NCBI GenBank assembly: GCA_023229615.1
Contig: JALNYX010000003.1
Span: forward strand, 1 to 49,758
Source: Candidatus Moraniibacteriota bacterium
GTDB taxonomy: Bacteria > Patescibacteriota > Minisyncoccia > Moranbacterales > UBA9337
Direction of reading: 5' to 3'
DNA: 49,758 bases
Below are positions 10,392 to 20,552 of the stretch, in pieces. Below the pieces are notes generated by a model. That model was not told where the DNA came from and did not search any database. It was given only the letters and a program-made list of their open reading frames with translations. Every line of letters starts with the position of its first letter. The stretch's first letter is position 1. The translations under genes and the position numbers were made by a program.

Positions 10392-11196
10392 ACAACAGAC
10401 ATTACACACTAATCAAGAAAACATCGCCGCGTTTAAGAAGGAAATAAAAAAAGCGTCCAATAGTAGCAATGAATCATTTTTGACCTGGTTTAATGATAAT
10501 GAAAATATTGATTCAATGATATCTTCTGGGTATAAAAATTTCTTTTGCTCCATATTAAATAAAAATATATATAACCTAACAAAAAATAATTCTTCGCAAT
10601 TAACTGCGGTTGAAATAGGTTGTGGAAGCGGAAGAGTACTCAATGCTGCTGCGAAATACTTTAAATATGTCATAGGATTAGATATACACGAAAATCTCAA
10701 CATGACGAAGGAATTTCTAATTCAATTAGGAAATAAAAATTTTGAATTGAAAAAGATCCAAGATAAAAAATTTCCGTTAGAAAATAATAGCATTGATTTT
10801 ATTTATTCCTTTATTGTTTTTCAGCATTTATTAAAATTAGAAACCTTTGAAGAATATTCCAGAGAAATATCAATAAAAATGAAAAAAAATGGATTAGCAA
10901 TGATTTATTTCGGAAGGCCACGTTTTTTTTCTAAAATAATTTTAAGGTACAAAACAGTGAATTATTTTTTAATGATTTTGGATAAAATATTATTTGAAAA
11001 TTTATACATCAATTTATTTAAAAATGGATATTTAGAATATCCGAATGCTGAAGCAAATGATATAAACCTCGTTGTTTCTTTAAAAAAAGCCCGGGAAATA
11101 TTTTTATCGAATAAATTAATCATCATAGACAAGGGAACATCACCAAGGGATAATTATTTCGGCACTCAATATTTCATGGCACTCAAAAAAAAATAA
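10381..11196 (+). CDS. Class I SAM-dependent methyltransferase
   Basis: AVEIGCGSGR and SFIVFQH motifs; the ATG at 10381 overlaps the upstream gene end. Confidence 0.8.
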   Translation: MKNKQQTLHTNQENIAAFKKEIKKASNSSNESFLTWFNDNENIDSMISSGYKNFFCSILNKNIYNLTKNNSSQLTAVEIGCGSGRVLNAAAKYFKYVIGLDIHENLNMTKEFLIQLGNKNFELKKIQDKKFPLENNSIDFIYSFIVFQHLLKLETFEEYSREISIKMKKNGLAMIYFGRPRFFSKIILRYKTVNYFLMILDKILFENLYINLFKNGYLEYPNAEANDINLVVSLKKAREIFLSNKLIIIDKGTSPRDNYFGTQYFMALKKK

Positions 11197-11203
11197 ATCG
11201 CAT

Positions 11204-12286
11204 ATGGATACATTGTTATCAAAAAAAATTGAATGGTTACATACCCTTAAAAAAAATATTCCATTTTTTTTAAAAAAAATCCAAAGCAAAAAATATGGTT
11301 TTTTTTCCTACTCCCTATCTGGAGATATTTATGATGAAAAAAATAAATGGGGACTTGGAAATACCGTTTTTGCAATCAAAATATATTATACTCTTGGATT
11401 ATTAGATAATCTACCTAAAAAAGAAAAACGCATTCTATCTGATTTCATTAAATCATTTCAAAACACGGATGGTTCTTTTCATGACCCTATAATAAAAAAT
11501 GGTTTATTCCTTGCAAACATAATATCATCATTTAAAGGCCTTGAATCATACAAAAATCAAATCATACGAGCTGAAACAAGGCAAAGTTTATCGGCATTAA
11601 AGCTACTCAACGAAAAACCTATTTTAGAGTATCAAAATTTTCCGCAAACAGAAAAAGATATCTTAAACTACATAGAGAAACTCGACTGGAAAAAACCATG
11701 GGGCGCAGGAAGTCACTTCAGTCACCTGCTTTTCTTTTTGCATAATAGTAATTTAAAAAACAAAAATAAATTGATTGATTTTTCAATAAACCAAATAAAC
11801 CGCATACAAAATTCCCGGGATGGATCATGGTACAAAGGAAAACCGAATCCGCAACAAAAAATAAATGGAGCGATGAAGATAATAACAGGACTTGTCGCTG
11901 CAGAAAAATACAGTTTCAACTATTCAAAAAAATTAATAGATCTATGCCTATCTGAAAAAAACAATCGACACGCCTGCGATAATTTCAATATCGTATATGT
12001 TCTTAAATATGCAAATGCAATAAACAAATCTAATTATAGATATGACGAAATAGTAGATTTTTGCTATAATAGACTAGAAACCTATCATAACTATTAGCAT
12101 CCTAAACATGGAGGATTTTCTTTTTATAAAAATAAAGCAAATGACATCTATTATGGCACAAAAATAACCAAAGGATTAAATGAGCCCGATATTCATGGCA
12201 CTGTAATGTTTTTATGGGGAATTTCGATAATAGCTCAAGTAACAGGAATGAATAAAGAATTGCAACTAAAAGAATTTATAACATAA
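11204..12286 (+). pseudogene. Hypothetical glycan-cluster protein interrupted by an in-frame TAG (12095-12097)
   Basis: The same frame continues for 62 codons (HPKHGGFSFY...EPDIHGT...EFIT) to TAA at 12284-12286, ending 5 bp before the next ATG. Confidence 0.75.
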
Positions 12287-12291
12287 ACCCA

Positions 12292-13401
12292 ATGAAAGTT
12301 AGCTTAAATACAAGATTTATTGATGGACCAGCGGGTGGAGGAATGCAGTTCGCTAATTATCTCAAAACATATCTTAAAAAAAAGGATGTGCAGGTCATCA
12401 ATCACCTGAAAGACAAGGATATTGACATAATCTTGCACATTTCACCATTCCCCCACCTTATGTCAGTTGCCTCATACTCATATTTTGATGCGGCTATTTA
12501 CAAAATCAACCACCCTTCCACAATCATAGTTCAACGCATAAATGAATGCGATGAAAGAAAGGGGACGAATTACATAAATACCTTACTGGTTGATGTCAGT
12601 AGATATTCCGATTTTGTTGTGTATATAGCCAGTTGGCTCAAGCCCTTAATGGAAAAAAATGGGCTTAGCAAAGAAATTCCATCAAGAATAATATTAAACG
12701 GTGCGGACTCCAACATCTTTAATCAAAACAACAAACTAATTTGGAACAACAAGGGTAAGCTTAGAATAGTTACCCATCACTGGGGTGGTAATTATTTCAA
12801 AGGACATGACATTTATAAAAGACTAGATGAGCTCCTTGAAAATCCAAACTATAAAAATATTTTTGAATTCACTTTCATAGGTAATTACCCAAAAGATATT
12901 TCATACAAAAACACGAATATCATTCCGCCTTTATCTGGCGCAATACTGGCTGACGAATTGAAGAAACACCACATCTATTTAACCGCTTCAAGAAACGAGC
13001 CGGCTGGCATGCATCATATCGAAGGCACTCTCTGTGGGCTTCCACTGCTTTATGTAAATTCCGGCGCGCTTCCGGAATATTGTTCGGGATTTGGAATTGA
13101 ATTTAACGAGAAAAATTTTGAAGAAAAGTTATTGCAAATACATAAAGAATATGATATCTGGGAAGAAAAAATAAAAGCCTACAAAAATACTTCTGATAAA
13201 ATGTGCGAGGAATTCCATGAGCTATTCATTAAATTACATGCTAAAAAAAATACATCCGCTAAAATAAATAGCATAACAAAATTGGCAAAAATATTCTCTA
13301 TACAATTAAATCGCCTTATTTACCTGTTAAAAATAATTTATATAAAATTTAACTTATTCATAAAAAATGAACGAACAAAAATATCTAATTCAACAAAATA
13401 G
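12292..13401 (+). CDS. GT4-like glycosyltransferase
   Basis: GPAGGG N-terminus, ILNGAD and EPAGMHHIEG (EX7E) motifs. Confidence 0.75.
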   Translation: MKVSLNTRFIDGPAGGGMQFANYLKTYLKKKDVQVINHLKDKDIDIILHISPFPHLMSVASYSYFDAAIYKINHPSTIIVQRINECDERKGTNYINTLLVDVSRYSDFVVYIASWLKPLMEKNGLSKEIPSRIILNGADSNIFNQNNKLIWNNKGKLRIVTHHWGGNYFKGHDIYKRLDELLENPNYKNIFEFTFIGNYPKDISYKNTNIIPPLSGAILADELKKHHIYLTASRNEPAGMHHIEGTLCGLPLLYVNSGALPEYCSGFGIEFNEKNFEEKLLQIHKEYDIWEEKIKAYKNTSDKMCEEFHELFIKLHAKKNTSAKINSITKLAKIFSIQLNRLIYLLKIIYIKFNLFIKNERTKISNSTK

Positions 13402-14018
13402 CACTATCTATGAGCAAGAAGCATACATGACCGTCCCGCGCTGGTCAACTTATAGTATGGTCATAAAAAGAGGTTATGCGCTTGAAGCCGAAAACCATAC
13501 TCGAACTAGGTCCAGGAAATAACATCGTAACAAACATTCTCAAAACAATGAATTATGATGTTAAAACTCTTGATTTTGACAATTCCACTAAGCCAGATTA
13601 CAATTTGAGCATAACTGACGAAAAAATAGATAGCATAGGAACATTTGATTTAATTATAGCCTCGCAAGTCTTAGAACACATACAATACAAAGATTTCACT
13701 AAGGCGCTGAAAAATTTAAGTAAAATTTCAACGAATTTAATTTTAACTCTGCCCCACACAACAATAAATTCATTTACCATTTCCCTATCCCTTAAAATAC
13801 CTACGCTTAAAAAAATTACATTTTCAAAGAAATTTTTCTATAAAAAAGTTAACCACAAATTCAATGGTCTGCATTACTGGGAAATTGGAAAGAAGGATTT
13901 TCCAGTAAAAAAAATATCTAGCGACATCCAAAAATCAGGATGGATTATTCAGGCAGAATTTTTGAATGACGAAAATCCATTCCATTATTTTTTCATATTA
14001 AAAAAAACCTATGTTTAG
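13367..14018 (+). pseudogene. Class I SAM-dependent methyltransferase with a probable +1 frameshift at the A5 run 13465-13469
   Basis: ATG 13367 reads MNEQKY...RWSTYSMVIK. Removing one A joins it to EVMRLKPKTILELGPG...SQVLEH...HYWEIG (ORF 13476..14018). Confidence 0.7.
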
Positions 14019-14667
14019 TAATATACAATATTATTTTTGGGCTAGCTATAGACGAAAAATAATTGATAAACTCTCGGAAAAAAATAAATCTTTGTATACG
14101 GGAGTAGTTTTAGATATCGGAGGAAGAGACCGCGGTAAATTCAAAAAACCCAAAAAAAAAGTCGAAAACTGGATATTTGCCGATATTGAAGAAAAACATA
14201 ATCCAGACATGGTTTTGGATGTCATGGATATGCATGCTATTGCTAATAACAGCATTGATATAATCAGCGCCCTGGAACTCTTTGAGCACGTTAGCGTTCC
14301 CGAAAAAGGTATCGCTGAATGTTCTCGGGTGTTAAAAAATGGAGGTCTGCTTATTATTTCCATGCCATTTATGTATGGAACACATGCTGATCCATATGAT
14401 TTTCAGAGATGGACGAAAGCTAAGTGGGAATTAGTTCTTAATGAAAATAATTTAAATGTATTGAAAATTGAAGAAATGGGTTTTTTCTTTACCGTACTGA
14501 TGGATGCAATAAAAAATTTTTTAAAAAAATCCCATCGTATTTTTCGATACATTTCATATTGCTTTTACCCGATTTTCGATATAATCGCATCGCTTGATAA
14601 CATCAACAGCAAAAACCCCATCCTCAAATCATATGTAGGTGGTTATTTTATTATTGCAAAAAAATAA
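14011..14667 (+). CDS. Class I SAM-dependent methyltransferase (Methyltransf_11-like)
   Basis: VLDIGG, ELFEHV, RVLKNGG and HADPYDFQRWT motifs. Confidence 0.85.
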   Translation: MFSNIQYYFWASYRRKIIDKLSEKNKSLYTGVVLDIGGRDRGKFKKPKKKVENWIFADIEEKHNPDMVLDVMDMHAIANNSIDIISALELFEHVSVPEKGIAECSRVLKNGGLLIISMPFMYGTHADPYDFQRWTKAKWELVLNENNLNVLKIEEMGFFFTVLMDAIKNFLKKSHRIFRYISYCFYPIFDIIASLDNINSKNPILKSYVGGYFIIAKK

Positions 14668-14678
14668 AATCACAATTT

Positions 14679-15959
14679 TCAGCCATCTTCCGTAGATTCT
14701 TCATACAAAATAGTTGCGAAGTTCAAAAAAAATAATACCAAAATCAATAAATTATACGAAATCACCGCACCAATTAACTTGAATTTATAAATTAGAAACA
14801 AACTCATTCCCAATCTAATTACCTGGAAAATCGGCCCCGAAACAAGTATTGTTAATCTTTTTTTACTTGCTTGCGCATAATAGCCAAAAAAAATTGTTGG
14901 GATGATAAACAAAATCGCCAAGGCATAATATCTAGAAATATCGTAATATTCAACATATACATCTCCAAATAAGAATTTATTCACAATTGGCACCAAAACA
15001 AAATAAACCGAAGCCATTAGTGCTGAAATAAGCATCATCACAATAAACAGTTTTTTATATATAAAAACAATGCTTTTTATTCCATAATTCATTACAGACA
15101 TTTTAGGAATTGCAACTGAAACAAAGACTTTCGCTATATCTTTATATTTATTTGCCAATAAAGAAATTATGACATATGCCGCCAATGTACTTGGACCCAA
15201 TAATATTCCAACCAACACATTGTCAATATTGTTAGCAATAATTCCCAAAAAATTTATTTTTGTCAAAAACCATCCATATTTAATAGTGCCAGAGTCTGTT
15301 TTCTCGTTTTCAATATATTTCAAACTCTTGAAATAATAATAACCATTGAAAAAAGTATAGGAAGCCAAATACATTACTACAATCGGAATCAACTTATCTC
15401 TATTTAAAAAAACAACCACTATAGTCGTGACGGCATTCAGTGTCATTTGCACTGAAGAATATTTCGTCGAAATATCAAACCTACTTTTGCCTTGTAAAAA
15501 AGCATCCCAAGTATTGGGAGCATAAAAAAATGGAAAGAATACCGATGCAATCATAAAAGCAACTCCCAATGAATGGCTTTGATAAATATAGTAATAACCC
15601 CCAATAAACAATAAAATAGGAGTCCCAAGCAAGCTCCAAAAAAAACTCATCCGAACAACCTTTTTATAATCTCCGTCATATCCCCTCGCAACAGATTGAG
15701 TAATTGCAGTATTTAAACCAGGAATTGATAAGATAGAAACAATTGACAGAACAGACAAAACAAATTGGTATTGACCGAAAATTTCCTGTGAAGCGAGGCG
15801 AGCGAAAGATATAGAAATAGACAATCCTGCAATCATACCTATTATCTGTCTAACGGCCACCCAGAATCCATTCTTAACAAAATAGGTCAAATCCAAACCA
15901 ATTATTTTTCCCCATTTTTTAGTCAATTTGAATATTTTATCTTGCAAATTCTTAATCAT
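14679..15959 (-). CDS. Oligosaccharide flippase (Wzx/MOP family)
   Basis: About 12 TM segments; ARLASQEIFGQY and IDNVLVGILLGPSTLAAY are typical of polysaccharide flippases. The start is uncertain (15959 or 15995). Confidence 0.8.
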   Translation of the reverse strand: MIKNLQDKIFKLTKKWGKIIGLDLTYFVKNGFWVAVRQIIGMIAGLSISISFARLASQEIFGQYQFVLSVLSIVSILSIPGLNTAITQSVARGYDGDYKKVVRMSFFWSLLGTPILLFIGGYYYIYQSHSLGVAFMIASVFFPFFYAPNTWDAFLQGKSRFDISTKYSSVQMTLNAVTTIVVVFLNRDKLIPIVVMYLASYTFFNGYYYFKSLKYIENEKTDSGTIKYGWFLTKINFLGIIANNIDNVLVGILLGPSTLAAYVIISLLANKYKDIAKVFVSVAIPKMSVMNYGIKSIVFIYKKLFIVMMLISALMASVYFVLVPIVNKFLFGDVYVEYYDISRYYALAILFIIPTIFFGYYAQASKKRLTILVSGPIFQVIRLGMSLFLIYKFKLIGAVISYNLLILVLFFLNFATILYEESTEDG

Positions 15960-16148
15960 AGTATTTTTCCAATTTGTTTGAATGCCTGCTTTCACTTATT
16001 AGTTATCATTTTTGATTACCTTTTAATGATATTTTTAAACAAAAAAAGTATTCCGCTTTCATCTTTCAAACCCTTTCAGATATTCCGGTAGTTTCAAAAT
16101 CCATTGGGCTTGCTGGGGGTAAAAAAGAAATCTTTCCACATCTTTCAT

Positions 16149-17117
16149 CTACACCTCGCTAATTATATCAAAACCCTTGAAACTTCCCGTAATTGAAAGT
16201 CCGATAACTTTCTTTGCCGTTCCTCTTTCTTTTATTTTTCCGGCAGTTTCATTCAGCGTCGCCCCCGAACCAACAGCATCATCAATAAGTAAGATATTTT
16301 TATACTTGCCGAATTCATTGATTACGATAGTTTTTTGAGCGTTTTCAATTCTATCTTTTAATTTATTCAAAGTCTTTTGTGGTACAGCAATATCAGTTTT
16401 CACCTTTACAATTGAGATTTTTCTAATATCCAAATGAAGATTTTTTTCCAGCTCCTTCATAAATTGCACTTCGCGCTTCACCGTGGGAGGAATAAATCCT
16501 ACGGCATCAATTTTATATCGCTTGATTAGCTTATTAACCGAATCACGAATATCTTCCGCCAATTCTTTCATAAGTTTTTTGTTTTGACTTTGTTTTGCAT
16601 ATAAAAGCAACTGACCGAGTTTTGTTTTTCCAAACCTTTCAATACTGTAAAATTCAAGATAAAAAACTTCATCTAAATTTACTTCATCGAAAGTAGATTT
16701 GAATTTTAACATTCCATTAAAAAAGCCGTTCTTCCTGAAAGATTGATATTTTTCCAACGTTTTTACATACTCATTTGCAGTTTTCTCAATGGAAAGATTA
16801 TTATTCTTACACCAATAAATAAAACCTTCCACTCCCTGTTTTCGCTCCCCGAAAGGAGTAATAATTAAATACTTTTTTTCAATAACCGATCTTGCGCTTC
16901 CAATTATTCCATCCGCCTGAATTTCTTCCTTTTCTCCTTTGGGCAAATAAAATACTTTCGGGGGTTTTCCAATTTTATAGACTTTATCTTCCGCCAGAAG
17001 ATTGCTGAGCTGTTTTGAAACCGCCATCCTGCTTATATTCAAATAATCCACCAACTCATTTACAGTTGCCTGCTTATTCATTCCGAGATATTCCAATATT
17101 TTTTCAGAGGTTTTCAT
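16149..17117 (-). CDS. Winged-HTH plus phosphoribosyltransferase (ComF-like) fusion protein
   Basis: N-terminal wHTH (TVNELVDYLNISRMAVSKQL) and C-terminal PRPP-binding loop ILLIDDAVGSGATL. Confidence 0.8.
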   Translation of the reverse strand: MKTSEKILEYLGMNKQATVNELVDYLNISRMAVSKQLSNLLAEDKVYKIGKPPKVFYLPKGEKEEIQADGIIGSARSVIEKKYLIITPFGERKQGVEGFIYWCKNNNLSIEKTANEYVKTLEKYQSFRKNGFFNGMLKFKSTFDEVNLDEVFYLEFYSIERFGKTKLGQLLLYAKQSQNKKLMKELAEDIRDSVNKLIKRYKIDAVGFIPPTVKREVQFMKELEKNLHLDIRKISIVKVKTDIAVPQKTLNKLKDRIENAQKTIVINEFGKYKNILLIDDAVGSGATLNETAGKIKERGTAKKVIGLSITGSFKGFDIISEV

Positions 17118-17126
17118 AAAGTTTAC

Positions 17127-17148
17127 AGTTTACAGTATATTGTAAACT
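17127..17148. promoter_or_regulatory. Palindromic operator candidate upstream of the wHTH-PRTase gene
   Basis: AGTTTACA-gtatat-TGTAAACT about 10 bp before the start codon, with an extra AGTTTACA half-site next to it. Confidence 0.5.
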
Positions 17149-17338
17149 ATTACATAATAATATTATATTTTGTCAAATTTATTTCAAAAGATTTTTTTTT
17201 TACATTTTACGTTTCCGTAAAACATAAAATATTATGAATTGCGGAAACGTGTTTAATGTGTCACATTTGCATTGAGTCGCCTGACAATTGTCATTATACC
17301 ACTTTTACTAAATCGGAAAAAGCGGTATACTGAATAAT

Positions 17339-18796
17339 ATGAAATTCACTCAATTCAACAAAGATTTTTGGAAAAAACCGGGATTTGTCCTGTTTTTGAT
17401 TTTATTTTCTTTCTTTCTCAGGGAGGTTTTTTTGGCTTCGGTTTTCCCTATTTTCTCTGGTCAAGATGAAGCTCGGCATTACAACTCCATTCAATATCTC
17501 GCCGAACCAAAAGAAAAAACCTGGGAAATCACCAAAAACAAAGACTCCAGGAGCAAAAAAGATTTTTCAACATATAATTTCTCTGAAGAAATCCAAAACA
17601 CCGGAAACACCTCCGGCATCAGCAATACTCGCCGAACATTCGACCGAATGAATTTTCCCGCCGGAAGCGTTGGGGAGAATGAAAATCAAATAACCTCAAA
17701 AATATGGAGTCAAAACAATCTGAATTCCCCTCCTGACATCGTAAAAGGATCTTTCTATCACGCATTAAACACTCCTATTGAAAAATTATTCGGGAATAAA
17801 AGCATCTTAGTCAGATTTTACTTAATCCGCATTTTTTCAGCATTGCTTGGCACACTTTTCATCCTCATTTCCTATTTTATTTTCAAAAATAGCGGATTTT
17901 CCACGAAACACTCCTTAATTATATCTACTGTTATCTCTTTTCAACCAAAATTATCCGCCTATTTTACCAACATAAACTACGATACTCTGCAGATACTTAT
18001 GTTTGCTCTTTTCACTCTCGGTGGCGTACTTTTTCTGAAAAAAGGACTCGGCTGGAAAAATTCAATATTATTAGTTGCATCACTCGCCATCGGAGTTATG
18101 AATAAAGGAACCGCGCTGATGATGTTTCCTGTCCTAGTTGGACTTACCATTTTCTGGTTTGTTCAGAAATACCAATCAGGAGAAATAAAGAAAAAATATA
18201 TCATTCCCGTTGTTCTTCTTTTTCTCGTGGCGATTTCCGCACTCAATTGGAAATTTGAATTGCGCGGATTTGCCCCCAAAACCGAACATGGGACAATTTC
18301 GGAAATTACCGCCTCTCTTTCTGAATATCTTTCCAAAAGCCTGCCGAAAATTGACTCTTCTGCTAAAAATTATTGGGGGAATTTGGATTGGAACCGCAAT
18401 GATTATTCAGAAGTTTTCATTCGCGTCATTTGGCTTGTGGAATTATTTTCTGCTATTGGGGTCATTTGGCTTTTGTTTTCCAAAAAACCTCTGCCATTTC
18501 TGCCAGAAAAAAAGTACGTTTGGTTTTTTCTGGGAATGATTGCCGCTTTGCAATTCGGAATCCGATTTTATGACTGGAAAATTTTCTCAATATTGGGAAC
18601 GCTGGATTTGGGAACTCCGGGAAGATATTTCCTTCCGACAATCACCTCGCATATGGCGCTGGTTTTTGCGGGATTGGGAATGATTTTGCGCAAAGAAAAA
18701 TATTTGAATTTTGCTTTGCTTTTCTGGCTTCTTCTGATGTTTGCTTTTTCAATGTATCTGACATTTGATGTTATCGTTCCGAGATTCTACTTATAA
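17339..18796 (+). CDS. GT-C membrane glycosyltransferase (DUF2142/PMT-like)
   Basis: QDEARH after TM1, RIFS, INYD, NKG and PGRYFLP motifs; many TM segments. Confidence 0.7.
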   Translation: MKFTQFNKDFWKKPGFVLFLILFSFFLREVFLASVFPIFSGQDEARHYNSIQYLAEPKEKTWEITKNKDSRSKKDFSTYNFSEEIQNTGNTSGISNTRRTFDRMNFPAGSVGENENQITSKIWSQNNLNSPPDIVKGSFYHALNTPIEKLFGNKSILVRFYLIRIFSALLGTLFILISYFIFKNSGFSTKHSLIISTVISFQPKLSAYFTNINYDTLQILMFALFTLGGVLFLKKGLGWKNSILLVASLAIGVMNKGTALMMFPVLVGLTIFWFVQKYQSGEIKKKYIIPVVLLFLVAISALNWKFELRGFAPKTEHGTISEITASLSEYLSKSLPKIDSSAKNYWGNLDWNRNDYSEVFIRVIWLVELFSAIGVIWLLFSKKPLPFLPEKKYVWFFLGMIAALQFGIRFYDWKIFSILGTLDLGTPGRYFLPTITSHMALVFAGLGMILRKEKYLNFALLFWLLLMFAFSMYLTFDVIVPRFYL

Positions 18797-18807
18797 AAAA
18801 ATATTTT

Positions 18808-19512
18808 ATGAAAAATTTTGATTTTGAAAAATTACTTGTCCCAAAAAATGCGTTCCTTTTGGCAACTATTGTCATCTTACTTTTGGTTTTTGGTCGAATG
18901 ACCAACGAATGGGCATTTCCGGACACCGATTGGACATTGGAAAAAGGAGACAAAATCGGAGTTGATAGCAAAAAATCCGCCGAACAAAAATTTATTGCCA
19001 CCGAGAGTAATCTGACGCGCATTGATATGCTTCTGGGAAATTCCGACATTGGCGACGGAGGCACACTAAATTTGCAAATTATGGACGAATCCTGTCAAAA
19101 AGAAATCCGCCAAATCCAAGTCAAAACATCAAAAATCGACTCGGACAAGGAATTCAAATTCACTTTTTCAAAAATCAAAGACTCGAAAGGAAAAACCCTC
19201 TGCCTGAAACTTTCCTTTCTTTCAATCAAAGAAAAAGACGCGCAACTGTTTGCCGTCAACAATATTCTTCCAGAAAACATTTCTCTTATTGCAGATCAAA
19301 AAGAATATCCCGGAAAATCCCTTTCAATGCGCCCAGCCTATCAAAAAGACAACTGGGGACAAAACATCTGGCGCCTCACAGAAGAAATATCGCAATACAA
19401 ACCTTGGTTTTTGAAAGACATTTTCCTGCTTTTAATTGCGCTATTTTCAATAATCTTTTCGATCGGAACAGTCATTCTTCTGATTTCATTTCCTACTGAA
19501 GAAAAAAAATAA
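18808..19512 (+). CDS. Hypothetical protein anchored by N- and C-terminal TM helices
   Basis: 234-aa ORF with TM segments at both ends; co-oriented with the upstream GT-C gene. Confidence 0.7.
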   Translation: MKNFDFEKLLVPKNAFLLATIVILLLVFGRMTNEWAFPDTDWTLEKGDKIGVDSKKSAEQKFIATESNLTRIDMLLGNSDIGDGGTLNLQIMDESCQKEIRQIQVKTSKIDSDKEFKFTFSKIKDSKGKTLCLKLSFLSIKEKDAQLFAVNNILPENISLIADQKEYPGKSLSMRPAYQKDNWGQNIWRLTEEISQYKPWFLKDIFLLLIALFSIIFSIGTVILLISFPTEEKK

Positions 19513-19521
19513 CCGCATATG

Positions 19522-20496
19522 TTAATCCAAAGAAATTACTTTCTCAATTTCCTTCTCTAGAAAAATACTTAATGCCTTTGCTCCGCGATAATTGAGGTGA
19601 TCGGAATCGGATAAATAACCGGGATTATCAAAAAATTCATCCTGATAATCCAGCATCTGGATGCCCTCCCCTTTTTTCTTTGTCTTACTGATGATATCGT
19701 CAAAATTTGCATAATATTTTTCCGCATCAATATATTTTTCGGCTCCCGCAAGATATTCCTTTGAAACAGGGAATTTTATTAAAAATACTTCCACACCATT
19801 CTCTTGTGCTAAATCAATAATCTTGGAAAATTTCTCAACCAACAATTCGTCGAAATCTTCGGCATTTCTAAAATGAAATCTCGCTCTTTTTTCTCCTGTT
19901 TTCTTGCGATTTTCCGCCTTTTCAAAATCTTCATTCAAAGCCCGGTATCCCAATGTAACGTTGGCTTTGTTAGATTGCAAAAACAATTCAACAAAGCCAG
20001 TTCCCTTTCCGATAACCGGAACATATGTTTGCATCCACCGTTGCGTTTTGTTTTCCTCTTCAAATCGAACCATTTCTTCAAAAGGAACATATTTTTTCCA
20101 GTACCACAAATTTCCAAAATCTTTAACCCGAGTAGAAGAAAAAGAATGCAAATCAATCGAAAGCGCAATCGCTTTCGGCTTCTCTCCGTCACTTTCCAAT
20201 ATTTTTTTCACTTTGTAATATGTTTGAAAATAATTTTCTCCCGTAGATGCAAAATTAAAAGACCCGTTAATATATTGCGGATCAATCCCGGAAAGAACAT
20301 GCGAGTCTCCGAAAAAAATAATATCAAAATTTCCATCCCGATCCTCGAATTGCTTATCAGTTTTTCCTATAACCGTTTCAGGAACGACCCAGGCAAAATA
20401 CAAAGCATTCGAAACAAGCAAAAAAAGAGCCACGAAAAAACCAAGCACTGCAGCTTTTTTAAAAAAAACATATTTTGTATTTTCCGTGTTTTTCAT
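19522..20496 (-). CDS. SGNH-hydrolase-like protein (AlgJ/DUF1574-like O-acyl transfer partner)
   Basis: FFGDSH block I, DSDHLNYRGA (DxxH) and an N-terminal TM; lies downstream of the MBOAT gene. The start is uncertain. Confidence 0.75.
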   Translation of the reverse strand: MKNTENTKYVFFKKAAVLGFFVALFLLVSNALYFAWVVPETVIGKTDKQFEDRDGNFDIIFFGDSHVLSGIDPQYINGSFNFASTGENYFQTYYKVKKILESDGEKPKAIALSIDLHSFSSTRVKDFGNLWYWKKYVPFEEMVRFEEENKTQRWMQTYVPVIGKGTGFVELFLQSNKANVTLGYRALNEDFEKAENRKKTGEKRARFHFRNAEDFDELLVEKFSKIIDLAQENGVEVFLIKFPVSKEYLAGAEKYIDAEKYYANFDDIISKTKKKGEGIQMLDYQDEFFDNPGYLSDSDHLNYRGAKALSIFLEKEIEKVISLD

Positions 20497-20552
20497 ATTA
20501 TCGGTTTTATTCCTGCGCACGCATTCCGATGAAGCGAACAGGAATCCGGAAA

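Noticed and set aside
12095..12097. Genome-wide stop-codon reassignment (TAG, or TGA as in code 25)
   Set aside because: TAG and TGA end many otherwise complete genes here, often with ATGA coupling or a terminator. Only one in-frame TAG was found.
19873..20532. 219-aa + strand ORF and the other long antisense ORFs (e.g. 42552..43175, 44497..45234, 45367..45954)
   Set aside because: They are shadows of well-supported minus-strand genes and show no recognisable motifs.
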